From Octopus vulgaris (Eukaryota), in contig OX597829.1 of NCBI GenBank assembly GCA_951406725.2, positions 13,950,001 to 14,014,000 on the forward strand: DNA of 64,000 nt, in the 5' to 3' direction. A model generated the notes under the pieces. That model worked only from the letters and a program-made list of their open reading frames with translations. It was not told the origin of the DNA and did no database searches. The position numbers and the translations under genes are program-made. Positions 1 to 16,002 of the stretch are shown here, in pieces. Positions within the stretch are counted from its first letter, which is position 1; the number at the start of each line of letters is the position of its first letter.

Positions 1-487
1 ATTTAACCTTTAAAGGTATTTTTTAATATGCTGGCCATTGATAAAAATTTTTTTCGAAAAAATTTTATCCTATATTAAATATAAATTTAAGTGTTCACTT
101 CCGGACTCTCCCACTCTGTGAGGGCCTCAGTTCAAATCGCACGTGTCTTGAATGGGCTGGAGTATTTCTATTTTGGATTTATTTGGGGTACTTAATTGTG
201 CTCATGACTTAGTATTTTGCTTCTTCCATGGGTATGAGTAAGTATCTCATTTACTTCTTTGCCACATGTATCACTGACGAAGGGAGGGTTCTTTTTGAAG
301 TAACCCTGAAATTTGTCCGATATGGTAATAATGGAATTTTTTTAGAGATTTCTGTCGACCTTTTTTCGAGTAGCGTGCGTATTGTGAAAAATTATATGGT
401 AAATGGACAATATGTCCAATTTTCGGCATATTTGGCATTAGAATTTTTTCGTTTGCCCTTATTTATAAGTTGTTTATACATACATAC

Positions 488-521
<34 letters not shown>

Positions 522-2092
522 TCGCAGACGTTCGTCATAGGCTCAGTTAAATTTTCATTAGCTTCGTTAGAACTGAATGAGGCGATAACATGAATAAAGT
601 TATGGCTTATAATAAACGTGTGTGTTTGTGTGTGTGTAAGTGTGTGAGTGTGTATGTATGCCTGTGCATAACTGTATGTATGCATGTATATATCGAAGGA
701 GGTAAGAGAGAGAGGGTAACTGGGAAATAGGTAGCTAAACGTAGATAAGCACACGATTATATATACACGCTCCCATACACACACACACAAATATTAAAAT
801 CATGTTGCAAATGTATATATACAATTTGTATACATATATAATTACAGAAATATGTAAACACATATATGCGTGTGTGTGTGTGCATATATATATATATGTA
901 TATATATACATATATATATATGTATGTATGTATGCATGTATATATGTATATGCATAAACATATATACTTATATAGATAAGCAGACAAATCGACGGATAGG
1001 TGTATAAAAGAAATTTAGCATTAAACTATAGGATTAGTCAACATTTTTTAATGGAGTACATCACTCTGTTCAAGAGTGAGCAAACCGATACATCAAACTA
1101 ACTCTCACCTGTTTCCTTAATAACTAAACACATACACATAGATATACATATGTACATATTTATATCTATGTGTGTAAATGCATAGATACACACGCGTGTT
1201 TGTGCGCGCGAAAGCGTGTGTATATGTGTGGCGTGCATAAGTATATTTATTCTTTAAAAAATTCTTCTGGTAATATTACAGTCTATTTCTCTTTCAAATA
1301 TATTTCGGTTCTTTTGTTTTCTTTGCTTTTTTAAAGATATTTTCATGCATTTTACTCGTCCAATATTACAATAGTATTGCTACTGCAATATTAACCCTTG
1401 TTTACTTGATATTTAGATATAGATCTTGTTGTTGGTGTTGTTGATGTTATTTTCTCCCGACCCTTGGTCTATTTTAATGGCATATACCCATGATCAAAGG
1501 CCCTATAGCGCTACAGCTGTCACTGAAAAATTCTATTTTGTTCTTCAGACATCGTGTATTTATGATTACATTTTCTATTTCATATTTCTACATAGCAGAT
1601 ACTTTGCTACCGATAGGTGTTAATTAGTCCTGCTTATTTTGTTTCTTAAGGCAACGTAACGGTTTGAATGTGATTTAATGGCTATCTGGCTAACCATGTA
1701 GTTGCTGGTATAGCCGAGTAAGAGGCCTTTACGTTATCTCACATGTAAGTTACAGTAACTGATAGAAGCTGCTTTCGTTCTTTATATGTATACTGAAACA
1801 AATTGTCTTTTTTGCGGGTGGAAATATTTTGGTCCAATTACAAAATTGTTTTAATTTCCTTCTGTAAAAATTTGCCAAAACCTTTTCGTAAAAATATACC
1901 GTGGAGAAAATATGAGGTGTGTAGAATGATTATTACTGTTACAAATATAGAATTCAACCATTTCAAATTTAGGATACGCCAGGTATCGGAGAAACATTCC
2001 GATGTTATTTATGTGTGTGTGTGTTTGTGTGTGTGTGTTTGTGTATGTGTGTGTTTGTGAAAGTGTATGCATATATATATATAGTACGTATA

Positions 2093-2138
<46 letters not shown>

Positions 2139-2279
2139 GCGTAAATGTGTACATATATATGTATACCTATATATATATATTTATACATATATATATATGT
2201 ATACCTATATATATATTTATACATACATATATATATATATATATACACACATACATAAACATATATATAAAATGTGTGC

Positions 2280-2316
<37 letters not shown>

Positions 2317-2603
2317 CATATATACATACATACATATATACATACATGCAAACATATATACATACATACATACATACATACATACATACATACACATATC
2401 ACTGACATTCTATCAAATGCAAGTTTAAAATCGGAATTTTACATAAACTTTATATAATTTTATAACTGCACCATATATACAATTCTTTTCATTGCATATT
2501 ACATTTTCACAAATACACACATATATTTAATTATATATTTATATATATCATATGCATACACACATACATATATACACATTGTGACACACATCTGTATGTG
2601 TAT

Positions 2604-2648
<45 letters not shown>

Positions 2649-2704
2649 TATGTATATATATATATACATATATACATGCATACATATATATGTATAAATT
2701 TATG

Positions 2705-2744
<40 letters not shown>

Positions 2745-3317
2745 CAGATATACATACATACACACATACATTCATATATATATACCCTCTCTGAACTTAG
2801 CTAATATCATGATATTAATATATATTTTTAGTTACCAAATTTTAGGTTCATTGTCCTCTTTGTTTGTTTGTTTGTTTGTGTATGTGTGTGTGTGTGTGTG
2901 CGTGTGTGCGTGTGTGCGTGTGTAGTTCTATGGCGTAGCAGTGTATACGAGGATAGAGAGCAATAAGTGTTAAATAGTTTTATCAATAATATTTTTAGAT
3001 TTATCTCACTTGATGTTCTCATTTCCACACAGATAAATATTGCAATAATTTCAAGTAATTGTTGTATAAGTCGTTACTCTTTTCGCCTCAGGTCAACTTT
3101 GCTCTTACAAGATGTAAAAAAATGTCCTACTTTCCTTCAACATTGAATCTTTCCATTCTTCTTCCTTTTCCTGATTCTTATATTTTTCATCTTAGTTTAT
3201 TAAGGATTGACTTAGGCTTTCATACATATATATGTATGCATGTATATACATACACACGCATACACACAAATATATACACGTATTTGTGTGTGCGTATGTG
3301 TCTATGTATGTGTGTAA

Positions 3318-3377
<60 letters not shown>

Positions 3378-4031
3378 ATATCATATATATGTATCGATGT
3401 GTGTATATATGTATTTATATACGTACATGTGTGTTGATGTCTGAGATATACATATTTAAATATATACATGTTCATAGCAATAAATATAGTTTGATATATA
3501 AACACATGTAGACATCAGTTTGTGTGTGTGTGTGTGCGCGCGTGGGTGTGCACTCGTGTGCGTTTGCACGCGTGTGCGTGTCCATGTATGCACGTGTGTA
3601 GTGTATGTATGTTCATACAGAAAGTAACTGAGATTGATAGACAGAGGAATTGATAAATATATTGGTAAAGCGAGAGAGATACAGAGAGAAATGTATACTT
3701 TTTTAACTGTATCCATGTTCAAAACGACTCCCCCAGAATAAAGTTGTTTACGCTATGTTCTGTATGTCCTGTAATTTAGTGAACCCATAAATTAGTAATA
3801 TTAAAATGGGTTCCTGTTAGATTAAGGAAACATGAGTCTGAAATCGGATATATGATGAGCATATTTCGATGAGCAAGATACAAATAAATATAGATACAAA
3901 AGTATATACATATACACGTATATTCATGTATATGTGCATAAATGTATGTATATAGATACATATATAGATAAATAGTTAGATAGATAATTATAAGTATATA
4001 TATATATTTATATATATATATATAATATTTA

Positions 4032-4148
4032 TATATGCATTTATATATTTAAATATACGCACACAAACCTATTCATATATAGCTGGTAGTACGTACATAT
4101 ATACATACACACACATATATATATATATATATATAAATATTATATATA

Positions 4149-4199
<51 letters not shown>

Positions 4200-4248
4200 T
4201 TATTATATATATATATATATATACACATCTATATATAATATTTATATA

Positions 4249-4311
<63 letters not shown>

Positions 4312-4366
4312 ACATACTACCAGCTATATATGAATATGTTTGTGTGTGTATATTTAAATATATAAA

Positions 4367-4375
<9 letters not shown>
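4032..4375. repeat. Local inverted duplication (~70-nt arms at 4032-4100 and 4305-4375)
   Basis: TATTCATATATAGCTGGTAGTA in the left arm is mirrored by TACTACCAGCTATATATGAATA in the right arm. A degenerate third direct copy lies near 4495-4530. Confidence 0.75.
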
Positions 4376-4419
<44 letters not shown>

Positions 4420-5248
4420 AGAAAGAGAGTGAGAGAGAAATGCACATACACAGTCGAACATTACTTTATATATTTATATATTAATATATTTATATGCGCA
4501 CAAACATAGTGATATATAGCTGGTAGTATATAGATGTATGCATATATATATTTCATATATTTATTGATGTTTGTACAGAAACATACCTTTTTTATACTTA
4601 TGTATATACACATATGAGTAAATGTATATAATATAAATTTGATATATATATATATATATATATACATATATACATGCGTATATGTACATATATATATATA
4701 TATATACACACACATATATATGGATAAATATTAATGCACACACACAACACACGCATGCACGCACACGCACACACATATACACAAACACATACACAAACAT
4801 GTTTAATGTTGACTATAGAGAAAAAGTATATTCAATACATAGGTGAAACTAATAATATATTTCATTCTGGTTGTGACAGTTTCATGCTAGTCAGAGTTTC
4901 TCTTGTGAGTGTAAAAGATTTTCAGGCAACTCATAATACCCATGCGCGTATGGACAGACTACGTTCTATACGTTTGTATATATATATGCATATACATATA
5001 AATATATACAGCTCTATTCATGTCGGTGGGTATCTTGTGAGAGTCGTTGTGGTCTGTGTTTGTACGTGTGTGCGTGTGCACGGCTGTGATATACAACATT
5101 ACCATGATAATCATCTGTTCCTGGATACAAAATGAAACATTAAACGTTATATGATATTATTACAAACGTTATATCTCTATATATAATCTTATTATAAGAA
5201 TACATTAGTAAATATGTAGAATGGATTTTTAAGAACGAAAATTGACTG

Positions 5249-5487
<239 letters not shown>

Positions 5488-5747
5488 ATAATAAGGTAGT
5501 CAGAATGTTGGATGATTATATATATATATATTTAATTTATTTACATCATATTTACAAAAATGTAAATAAACTGCAAATAAATAAAAAAAGTATATATAAT
5601 CAACGAACATTCTGACTACCGTATTCTTCTAAATATGCAATATTTGTACAGCACTTCAAAACCTGTATGTGTGTGCGTATATGTGTGTGTGTGATTGTCT
5701 GTTTGTTTTGTGTGTGTGCGTGTGTATATATATATGTATATATATGC

Positions 5748-5794
<47 letters not shown>

Positions 5795-5876
5795 TGCATA
5801 TATGTATTAATGTATATGCTTGTGTGTGTGTATATATATAAATATATATATACGTACCCTTCAGATATAAATATAT

Positions 5877-5912
<36 letters not shown>

Positions 5913-5918
5913 CGTCAA

Positions 5919-6036
5919 TCAGTTAGTCGTCAGAGTTTCAGATGCCGGGCCTAAAGGACATCCTCCTAATAACCAAGGAGGATGTCTTTTAGCCCCGGCA
6001 TCTGAAACTCTGAGTATAATTATGGCAACTAACTGA
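5919..6036. repeat. GC-rich fold-back hairpin (core stem 5930-6013)
   Basis: TCAGAGTTTCAGATGCCGGG...GACATCCTCCT-aataacca-AGGAGGATGTC...CCCGGCATCTGAAACTCTGA, with an outer TCAGTTAGT/ACTAACTGA pair. Confidence 0.85.
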
Positions 6037-6247
6037 CTGCCTTATATTATATATTTATAGATGAATTCCTCTATCTACATAATATCGAGGTCTCATACAT
6101 TCTTTTGTTGTCATAAAATGTCCAGTCCCTTGTGTTTGTGTCTATGTTTTCGTTTCTCATTGTGTTCGACGATTTTTTTGTGTCCTGTACTCATATATGC
6201 GTGTGGTACGTACATATATGTACATATATATGCATATGTTTTATTTA

Positions 6248-6283
<36 letters not shown>

Positions 6284-6299
6284 TTTATATTAGTTTATT

Positions 6300-6592
6300 T
6301 GTTTCATTCATTTGACTGCAAGCATGCTGGAGCAGCACCTTTCGTCGAGCAAATCGACTCCAGAACCTAGTACTTATTGTATCGTCCCTTTTGCCGAACT
6401 TCTATGTTACGGGGACGTAAACACACCATCATCGGTTGTCGAGCGATGTTGGGGGACAAACACAGACACCAAACATACACCCCCGCACATACATACATGC
6501 ATATATATATATATATATATATTTATATACGACGGGTTTCTTCAAGTTCCAGACTACCAAATCCACTCACAACGCATTGGTCGGCTCGAGGC
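6300..6592 (-). mobile_element. tRNA-derived SINE family A, lacking most of the head
   Basis: Matches the fuller copies at 33319, 54369, 60591 and 61295 (CATGCTGGAGCA...GAGCAAATCGAC...CCAAATCCACTCACAA). Confidence 0.8.
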
Positions 6593-7118
6593 TAATATAT
6601 ATAGAAGGAGAGATAAGCAAAAGAAATGTACCATTTTTCCGGACCATCAGTAATACCAATACCATTTGTCATGATTTTCGAATAACCAGAAAATATGAAA
6701 CCGATTATGTGCAAAGATAAATAATCATCTTAAGGATTACAATTGCATTTTCAGCCTTTATATCTTCATATATAATTATTATTATATATCATTTTTATCC
6801 TCAACATTTTTATCCGCATTACAATCATTATCATCTTCATCACCATCATCATCATCATAATTATTACTCTTTTTCGTACCAGTAACATTTGTATAATAAT
6901 TATTATTATTATTATTATTTATTTATTTTTTTTTGCTGTTGTTTTTTCATCTCAGATTCTAAACTAGGTTTCTTTCTTTTCTTTTACTTAAATAACAAAC
7001 ACGAAATGTGAATGAAAGTTTTAAGACTAAAACCTATAACAATTTTCTTTATACTTACTTCGATTTCTCTATATATAATCATGTCTAAGCGTATGTGCAT
7101 ATATATATATATATATAT

Positions 7119-7187
<69 letters not shown>

Positions 7188-7324
7188 CATACAAATATAT
7201 ATATGTATATATATATCTAAATATATATATATAATGTATGTATGCATGTGCGTATGAATGTATCTAAATATATGTGTGTGCGTGCATATATTAATATATA
7301 TATGGATATATATGTATATATATT

Positions 7325-7500
7325 TTCTTTTATTCTCTCACTTGTTTCAGTCATGTGACTACAGCCATGCTGGAGCGCCGTCTTTAGTCGAACAAATCGA
7401 CCCCTGTACTTATTCTGCCGGTCATTTGCCAAGCCGCTAAAATACGGAGACGTAAACACGCGAACAGCGGTTGTCAAGCAATGGAGGTTGGATAAACACA
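7325..7500 (-). mobile_element. SINE family A, 3' fragment
   Basis: CTTGTTTCAGTCAT...GCCATGCTGGAGC...TTTAGTCGAACAAATCGACCCC matches the other copies. Confidence 0.75.
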
Positions 7501-7953
7501 GACGCACAAGCATGTATATATGTGTGCGTGTGTGTGTGTGTCTGTGTGTTTGTGCGTGTGTACATGTATATATGCATGTATATATACATGCGTGTTCATT
7601 AAATGTATCGTGTGTATATTGCTACATAAACGAATATGTAACAAGTTCACCTTTCAATCATATTGTCGGACCTTGTACAAAAGAATATTTTAACATAATT
7701 AGATATATATATATAAGCAAATCGGTTATTTTTTTATATATAAATGGTCACAAGAATAGCAAAATAATACTAGCACATAGTTATGTATACACTCCCTATA
7801 TATAATATATATATATAAATGTGTGTGTGTGAGAGCGCGCGCGCATGTTGGTGTCTGTATGTATGTATATATATATATGTATATATACGCATGTACATAT
7901 ATGTATATGTATAAAAAAATTAAGGTAATGCCATGCAACGTCGTAATAATCCT

Positions 7954-7988
<35 letters not shown>

Positions 7989-8049
7989 GTATGCATATAT
8001 ATATATATATATATACGTATATATATATATATATATATATATATACGTA

Positions 8050-8081
<32 letters not shown>

Positions 8082-8283
8082 CGTATGCATATATATATAT
8101 ATATATATATGCATACGTATTCATGAATTAACCATCACATACTAATATTTAAATATCTATTTATATATATATTATTTTAGACACAGACAGAAACCACAAC
8201 ATACACACACACACACACATAGTACGTGAGTATGAAAATATTATATGTATGCTTATTTAGAGATATATGTACATGTGTATCTG

Positions 8284-8337
<54 letters not shown>

Positions 8338-8874
8338 CATACATTTATATATATATATATGCACATACGTATATGTGTGTGTATATCTAGTGTGTATGTA
8401 TATGTAGTAAATATCTATATATATATATATATACACTTATATATATATATATATATATTTATATACACTTATAAACTTATATAGTATGTATTTATCTATG
8501 TATCTATGTATATATGTATTAGACTATATGTGTACGTGTTTACGTGTGCCTGTAAGTATTCAGCTTCGTACACTCACCTTCTACATGTGCATGTGGAGAG
8601 TGTATTCTGAGACAATGAAAATTACTTTAATTTTAAAAGCTGTACCCGAATCTTGTTTCTCATCATCACAAATCGCCTCTCGCTTTCCATGGTGCTCCTT
8701 CATTTCACTTGCTATTGTCTGCCATCCGACGATATAAACGATAGCTCACGACAAGCCATTAGTACCGACCATACATATTTCTGTCACTAAGTTCCCCAGT
8801 TATGTCTTCAATGGCACCCACTTCATGATGAGAAAACAAATTTATGTGAACGTGTAGGTTGGTTTGTACTAGAT

Positions 8875-8959
<85 letters not shown>

Positions 8960-9027
8960 TGTATGTATGTATGTATGTATACATGTATATATTTATCTTT
9001 ACATGTATGCCTCTGTGTTTGTATATA

Positions 9028-9071
<44 letters not shown>

Positions 9072-9119
9072 CAGAGACATACATATATAAACACACACAT
9101 ATATAAGTTCTATATACAT

Positions 9120-9151
<32 letters not shown>

Positions 9152-10195
9152 ATATACATCATATAGATATATAGATATATATATATGTACATGATATATA
9201 TATATATATATATGCATATATCCACATGGGATACATAAGTAAATAGATACATACATAGGTGCATACATGCTCATATATATAGGTAAATAGATAGATAGAC
9301 ATGTAAATTGATTGATTGATTAAGAGTGAGCGAGAGATATATATACAGAGAGATATATACATATATAGATATATACACGCTTGTTTATATTATATATGTA
9401 TATAGATACGTATATGTCTGTCTGTATGTATGTATGTATGTATGTACGTATGTATGTATGTATGAATGTATGTTTGTATGTATGTATGAATGTATGTTTG
9501 TATGTATGTATGTATGTATGTATGTACGTACGTATGTATGTATGTATGTAGGTATGTACGTATGTATGTATGTATGAATGTATGTTTGTATGTATGTGTG
9601 TATGTTTGTAGTGTGTGTAAGTGTGGTTACGTGTGGGGGTGTACGTATGCATATGATTCATTAAAAACACTTTTTCGTTGGAGACAAATGTTTTGTCCTA
9701 AACATCCAATACATGATAATTTACCTTCTCTATCTATCTTTCATTCTATCTATTAATCAATCTATCGGTCAGTCTATCTTTATTTACATAACTATCATTC
9801 TATCTTCCTGTCTATGTATTTATCGGTCTGTGTCAGTCTATCTTTCTCCCAACTTAATATATTTACCTCAACAACTATCTATTATCTGCATCTACCTATC
9901 CATCGATCTATTTATCTATCTATCTGTAATGTCGGATAGATTACTTTGAAATAATCATTCGCCTCACCACCATCTCAGGTGTGGGCATATCGATATCAAT
10001 ATCATTTGTCTTCCGGTGTCCGAGTAAAAAAATAGGCAGGGTTTAGAATCTTTCACTGTGTCTAAAATCATGCAAGATACGCCGTATCTCATGACAGTGC
10101 CTCAAGCAAACCATTGAGGTGCAAGGCAATATAAAGCATACACACCAACACACGCATCGCAGCAAGAAATACACATACATATACACGTATGTATT

Positions 10196-10265
<70 letters not shown>

Positions 10266-10364
10266 CATACATACATACATACATACAACATACATACATA
10301 AACATACATGCATAATAGATAAATACTATACTTTTTGTATTTATTTTTTATTATATTATATATG

Positions 10365-10430
<66 letters not shown>

Positions 10431-11045
10431 CATATATAGCTAAACGAAATATAAACATATTTATATATACCTTCCAAAGTATCTGAGTATTTCTTTCTGT
10501 AAAAACAGATATCAATCTTTTAGTATACGCACACTCATACACCCTCACACACATGCATACATACATACATCCACATCCATATATACACACACATACATGC
10601 ACATATATAATGTGTGTGTGTGTATGTGTGTATACATACACATTTATATGTTTGTTTGTCTGTGTGTGTATACAGAAAGAGAAAGACAGTGAGACAGGCA
10701 AACAGAGAGAAAGAAGTGCGTTACAGTTGATTTTTTTTTTCCTGAAAATTCCTACTATCAAAATTCCCATATACATGCGTCCTGCAGTACAGGAATTACA
10801 ATTCCACTGGATATAACTGTTTAACCTCTTTTAACCTTAAATATGAATGCATATGTGTGTGTGTATAAATATGTGTGTGTATATGTGTGTGTTTTATATA
10901 TATATAGATATGTGTGTATGTATGTATATATATATATATATACAAAGAAAGGGAGAGACAAAGAGAGACTAATAGGTAGACTTAAATATAAATATATAAA
11001 TATATGTGCATATATTTGTACTTATGAACAGCATGTGCATGTGTA

Positions 11046-11080
<35 letters not shown>

Positions 11081-11208
11081 CATACATACATACATACATA
11101 CATACATACATACATACATACATACATACATACATACTTACATACATATATATACATACCTACATACTTACATACATACATACCTACATACATACATACA
11201 TACATACA

Positions 11209-11244
<36 letters not shown>

Positions 11245-11329
11245 TATATATATGATTGTTTGTGCACTCAAGCCTGTCTATAATAATATTCAACTGTTCT
11301 GTGTAAGGGCAACGAGATACGAGACTCGT

Positions 11330-11520
11330 TAGCAGACAGGACAAAATGCTTAGCTGCACTTCATCCGTCTTTATGTTCTGAGTTCAAATTCCACTAAGAT
11401 CGTGTTTGCTTTCATCCTATCAGATTTGATAAAATGAGTACCAGTCAAGTACTGGGAACGGTGTAATCGACTAGCCCCCTCACCGCAAAAATTCAAGCTT
11501 TTTTACCCGTAGAAGGAATA
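11330..11520 (+). mobile_element. Old dispersed repeat family C (SINE-like); related decayed copies near 18520-18650, 45635-45810, 53660-54150 and 57830-57960
   Basis: Recurrent motif TTCTGAGTTCAAATTCC...TTTGC(C)TTTCATCC...GATAAAAT..GTACCAGT at several loci. Confidence 0.6.
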
Positions 11521-11777
11521 TCTATCGCTATGCAACATTACTACTAGGAGAGCCAAAGTTGGCAATTCCAGATGAAATATCCAAGCGTTGAAACTCTAAG
11601 TCTCACACCACAAATTTAATAGAATCAAATAATTGAAACTAATAAAACTTTAAAACTATAAAGAATATATGAACTGTGTAAATGCGTGCTATGCATATAC
11701 ATACACACACCCACGTGCGCACATGTGTATGATTCTGTATACAGACATTTATATGTATATATACATTTATATATATA

Positions 11778-12014
11778 CTAGTATTATAACCCGATTTCAT
11801 TCGGGTCAACTCGGGCCACATTTCAAAGATGAAGAATTTTGCCCTAGAGGCCACAACTTCTGATTGAGCAAATTCGAAGTTGCCATGCATACTCCCCACC
11901 ACTTTTAACATAGGTGTGCAAATTTTCAGAACAGTCCAACCACAATTACTAATACTTATGCCTGCACAACTGCTTGTGAGACAACGTCCGTCCTTTTCAC
12001 AAATATATAGTAGA
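11778..12014 (-). mobile_element. Non-autonomous Helitron (~237 bp)
   Basis: On the minus strand it starts A|TC(TACTATAT) and ends with hairpin ACCCGA-atgaaa-TCGGGT, 7 nt, then CTAG|T. No TSD. These are canonical Helitron termini. Confidence 0.65.
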
Positions 12015-12031
12015 TATATGTATATTTGTGT

Positions 12032-12092
<61 letters not shown>

Positions 12093-12094
12093 CT

Positions 12095-12305
12095 TTTAAT
12101 TGTCTCAATCATTCGACTGTGAACATGCTAAGGCACCATCTTGGAGGATTTTTTAGTCGAATGGATTTAGTTTATTTTCTTTCTTTAAACCTGGTACTTA
12201 ACGTTTTCTCTTCTCGAAACTCCGCCGAGTTAGTGGACGTAAACACATCAACAGCAATTGTCAAGCGGTGGGCGGTAGGGTGGAGGAACACAGACACAAA
12301 GACAC
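12095..12305 (-). mobile_element. SINE family A, decayed 3' fragment
   Basis: CATGCTAAGGCACC...TTTAGTCGAA...GGACGTAAACAC...TTGTCAAGCG. Confidence 0.6.
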
Positions 12306-13756
12306 ACACACATGTATGTATGCATGCATGTATGTGTAAATGTATATAGATAGATATACGTATGTATGTATATGTGTATATATATATAAGTGTGTGTGTT
12401 TGTGTATGTGTGTATGCGTGTGTGTGTGGCACGAAACTGAGTATTAGTATTTTTGGTCGCTAACTAAAGAAGGATGAGGGTTCTTGCGTCTATCCTATGT
12501 GAACGTAATGTAGTATTTAATGAATTTTATGGAATAACTGAACACCATGCATTCCAACTTTTGCCAACAATAAGTATACACACACACACACACAGACACA
12601 CACACACACACGCATGCGGGTGTGTATGATTGTGTATAGAAGAATATATTACTCAAAGAAATTCCAACTGTCTGATTTTCATGTTTTACTTACAATCTTA
12701 CAAATATATACTATAAGATAATATAATATAATGAAATAATAGAATATTAAATGTCCATTCTGATTGAACTATTATTTTCATGCATTTAACTATGCAATCT
12801 TCAGGTGCATATAGTAGTGGTGACAGTGATATTTTACAATTTACAACTGTATATATAATGCATGTATCATAATATTTTCGTTTGTAAATTATTATACATA
12901 GATAGGTATGTGTCTGTGTGTATACACACGGACAAACACACACACATACACGCACATATATGTAAATGTATATATATTAACATATATATATATATATACC
13001 ATATTTTTTATCTTTAAATCACACTCATAATTTAGTATTAAATCTGAGTACAAAATGTTTTCCCTTCATATTAAAACCCATCTCAGATTCGCTCCGAGTA
13101 TAATTCACACCACGGTGTTTTCAGTTGAAACCTAGAATGATATAGTGCAAGTCATACACGAGTGAATACAGTTATTTGCATGACTCCAAGTGAATAAACT
13201 TTTAAATCAATTAACTTTTCAAATATTTTATACAGTTATTCGGAACATACACTATTAATTTGTTTGATATATCCTTACGATTTACTTTTCTGTTTTTTTG
13301 GGGGGGTTTTGTGTGTGTGTGTGTGTGTGTGCGTGCGTGTGTGTGTGTGAGTGTGTATGTGTATGTGTCTGTGCCTGTGTGTTAGGCGGGAAACAAGAAA
13401 CTTCAGTATGTTGTTACGTAGACCATAGAGGTAATCTTGAAAATCTTTAGCGCAGCAAAATTTCAGATACATTAATCCAAAACAGTGGCCTATAATTTAC
13501 ATGGATATATATGTATGCATCTCCGTGAATAGTTTGGAGCGTTCTAAACGATATCTTCATATATGTGTATATAAGCATATAGATATGCATGACATTGTAT
13601 GTATATCTATATGTATACACACACACACATATATGAAGATATCGTATGTGCATGTGTGCAGGAATTTATATATATATATATGTATGCATGTATGTATGTA
13701 TGTTTGTATGTATGTATGTATGTATATGTATATATGTATACGTATATATGTATATG

Positions 13757-13794
<38 letters not shown>

Positions 13795-14220
13795 TTTCAC
13801 GTGATTCTCGAAAAGCTTTGAAGGAGCGTACCCGGAAAACTATATTTTTCTCCGTATATGTAAAAAGTTTTATTGTTTCCAACTTAGTTTAACCATTTAA
13901 AAGAATGTAACTTATTACTTGAACCACTAGCGCAAATTTGTAACCGTTTAAGGATCTCTTTGCCTTTTTTTTTTCGCCCTTTCTCTCTCTCTCTCTCTCT
14001 CTCTTTATATATATATATAGATATATATATATATATATATATACACATACATATATGCAAGATATATACGCATATATATATGCAAAATCTATATGCATAT
14101 ATGTGTATCCACACATACATATATAAGGCGGAATATATTTGCAAATATATATATGTATTTATATATATACACATACATTTATATGTTTGCATATCATATA
14201 TATATATATATGTAGGTATG

Positions 14221-14257
<37 letters not shown>

Positions 14258-14264
14258 TTGTATG

Positions 14265-14315
<51 letters not shown>

Positions 14316-14584
14316 TTATGTATGTATGTATGTATGTATGTATGTATGTATATGATCTTTGCAGAGGGTAAAGGTTGGGTATTTCCAGGGAAGCGCTCAA
14401 CTCCGAATTCTGGGGTATCAACACTGTTACGTTCCAGATCAATGCCGGAATACAAGTGTAGAAAATCCTAGATTCACGACGGTCATTCCGTAAAGTGTGT
14501 CTGGCGAAGAGTAAATTATAATCCAAATAATGAGAAGACAAAGAAATTATCTAACACATCTTTATCTTTACTGATTTGTTACAA

Positions 14585-14762
14585 CTGTTTTATAACAACT
14601 CTACTTGTAATGCCAGATTACGCAAAAATTCAAAGAGAAAATTTACTCAATATTTGCGATTTTAGACAATTAGAGTGACACTTCATCAAACGTGCATCAA
14701 AGGTTTGCTCACTTCGATTTTTGCGTAAACCGGCGTTACAAGTAGAGTTGGTACAAAAACAG
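14585..14762. repeat. Inverted repeat (~45-nt arms, ~87-nt spacer), probable TE remnant
   Basis: CAACTCTACTTGTAATGCCAGATTACGCAAAAAT versus ATTTTTGCGTAAACCGGCGTTACAAGTAGAGTTG. Confidence 0.7.
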
Positions 14763-15007
14763 AATATATATATATGCATATATATATATAGATTCAGATG
14801 AATATGATACTTAAGTTGAGGCGCCAGAATTTAGCACGGTATTATCAGTACACTTTCAAAATTAAAATCACAATCAAAATCACAATCATTGAACAATTGT
14901 TCGTTGGCGATTTCTTGGTAAAATCGACTATTGTTCATGCAAATACACATATTCATGCAATCAAAGGCCCATATCTACATTTATATATATATACGCTTAC
15001 GTGTGTG

Positions 15008-15080
<73 letters not shown>

Positions 15081-15295
15081 CTTTTCTTTTTACTCTTTTA
15101 CTTGTTTCAGTCATTTGACTGCGCCCATGCTGGAGCACCAGCTTTAGTCGAGCAAATCGACACCGGGACTTATTTGTTGTAAGCCTACTACTTATTCTAT
15201 CGTACACTTTTGCCGAACCGCTAATTTACGGGGACATAAACACACCACCATCAGTTGTCAAGCGATGGTGGGGTGATACACAGACAAACACACAT
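15081..15295 (-). mobile_element. SINE family A, 3' half
   Basis: Tandem tail TTTTACTC followed by TTGTTTCAGTCATTTGACTGCG..CATGCTGGAGCACC. Confidence 0.85.
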
Positions 15296-15318
15296 ACACA
15301 CACACACACACACATATG

Positions 15319-15370
<52 letters not shown>

Positions 15371-15646
15371 TATAAAATGGCTTTTCCGTTTTCGTTTATG
15401 TTGATTTTTACGTCTTTTTGTGGTGTCCTGTAAGTATATATATTTATATATGCATGTATATATACATGTAGATGTCGGTACGTACATATATGTTTGTATG
15501 TATGCATATATTTTTTTTATTACACTATTGTCTGACAGCGCTTCGCGTCGGGTTCGTTTGAATTTTCGATTTTTCAAATTCTCACTTCGTTCCGTCTCTT
15601 TCCTCCCAGTTTGTTTTACAGTTTATATATACATATATATACATAA

Positions 15647-15905
15647 GCCGGCACTCCGTCGCTTAAAGGATGAGTGTTCCAGGTCATCCGATCGAAGGAA
15701 CAGCATGCTCGTGAAATTAACGTGGAAGTGGCTGAACACTCCACAGAGAAACGTACCCTTAACGTAGTCCTGAAGGAGATTGAGCCTGGCATAGAGTGAC
15801 GAGGCTTAAAGCATCTTGCTCAAAGACCCAACGCACCACTGGGAATCGAACACACGACTTACGATCATAGGCTGAATACCATAACTACCAGGTCAAGCAC
15901 CTTCA
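15647..15905 (-). mobile_element. tRNA-headed SINE family B, decayed
   Basis: Reverse complement begins GAAGGTGCTTGACCTGGTAGTTA...ATGATCGTAAG..GTGTTCGATTCC...TTGAGCAAGA, similar to the head at 17211. Confidence 0.6.
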
Positions 15906-15967
15906 CACACGCAAAAACACAATTACGTATGCACACGCACACACATAAACACACACACATACACTAA

Positions 15968-15999
<32 letters not shown>

Positions 16000-16002
<3 letters not shown>

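Noticed and set aside
1-470. Complex sequence at the window start as a possible retroelement or exon fragment
   Set aside because: No recognisable motif in any frame, and it is truncated by the window edge.
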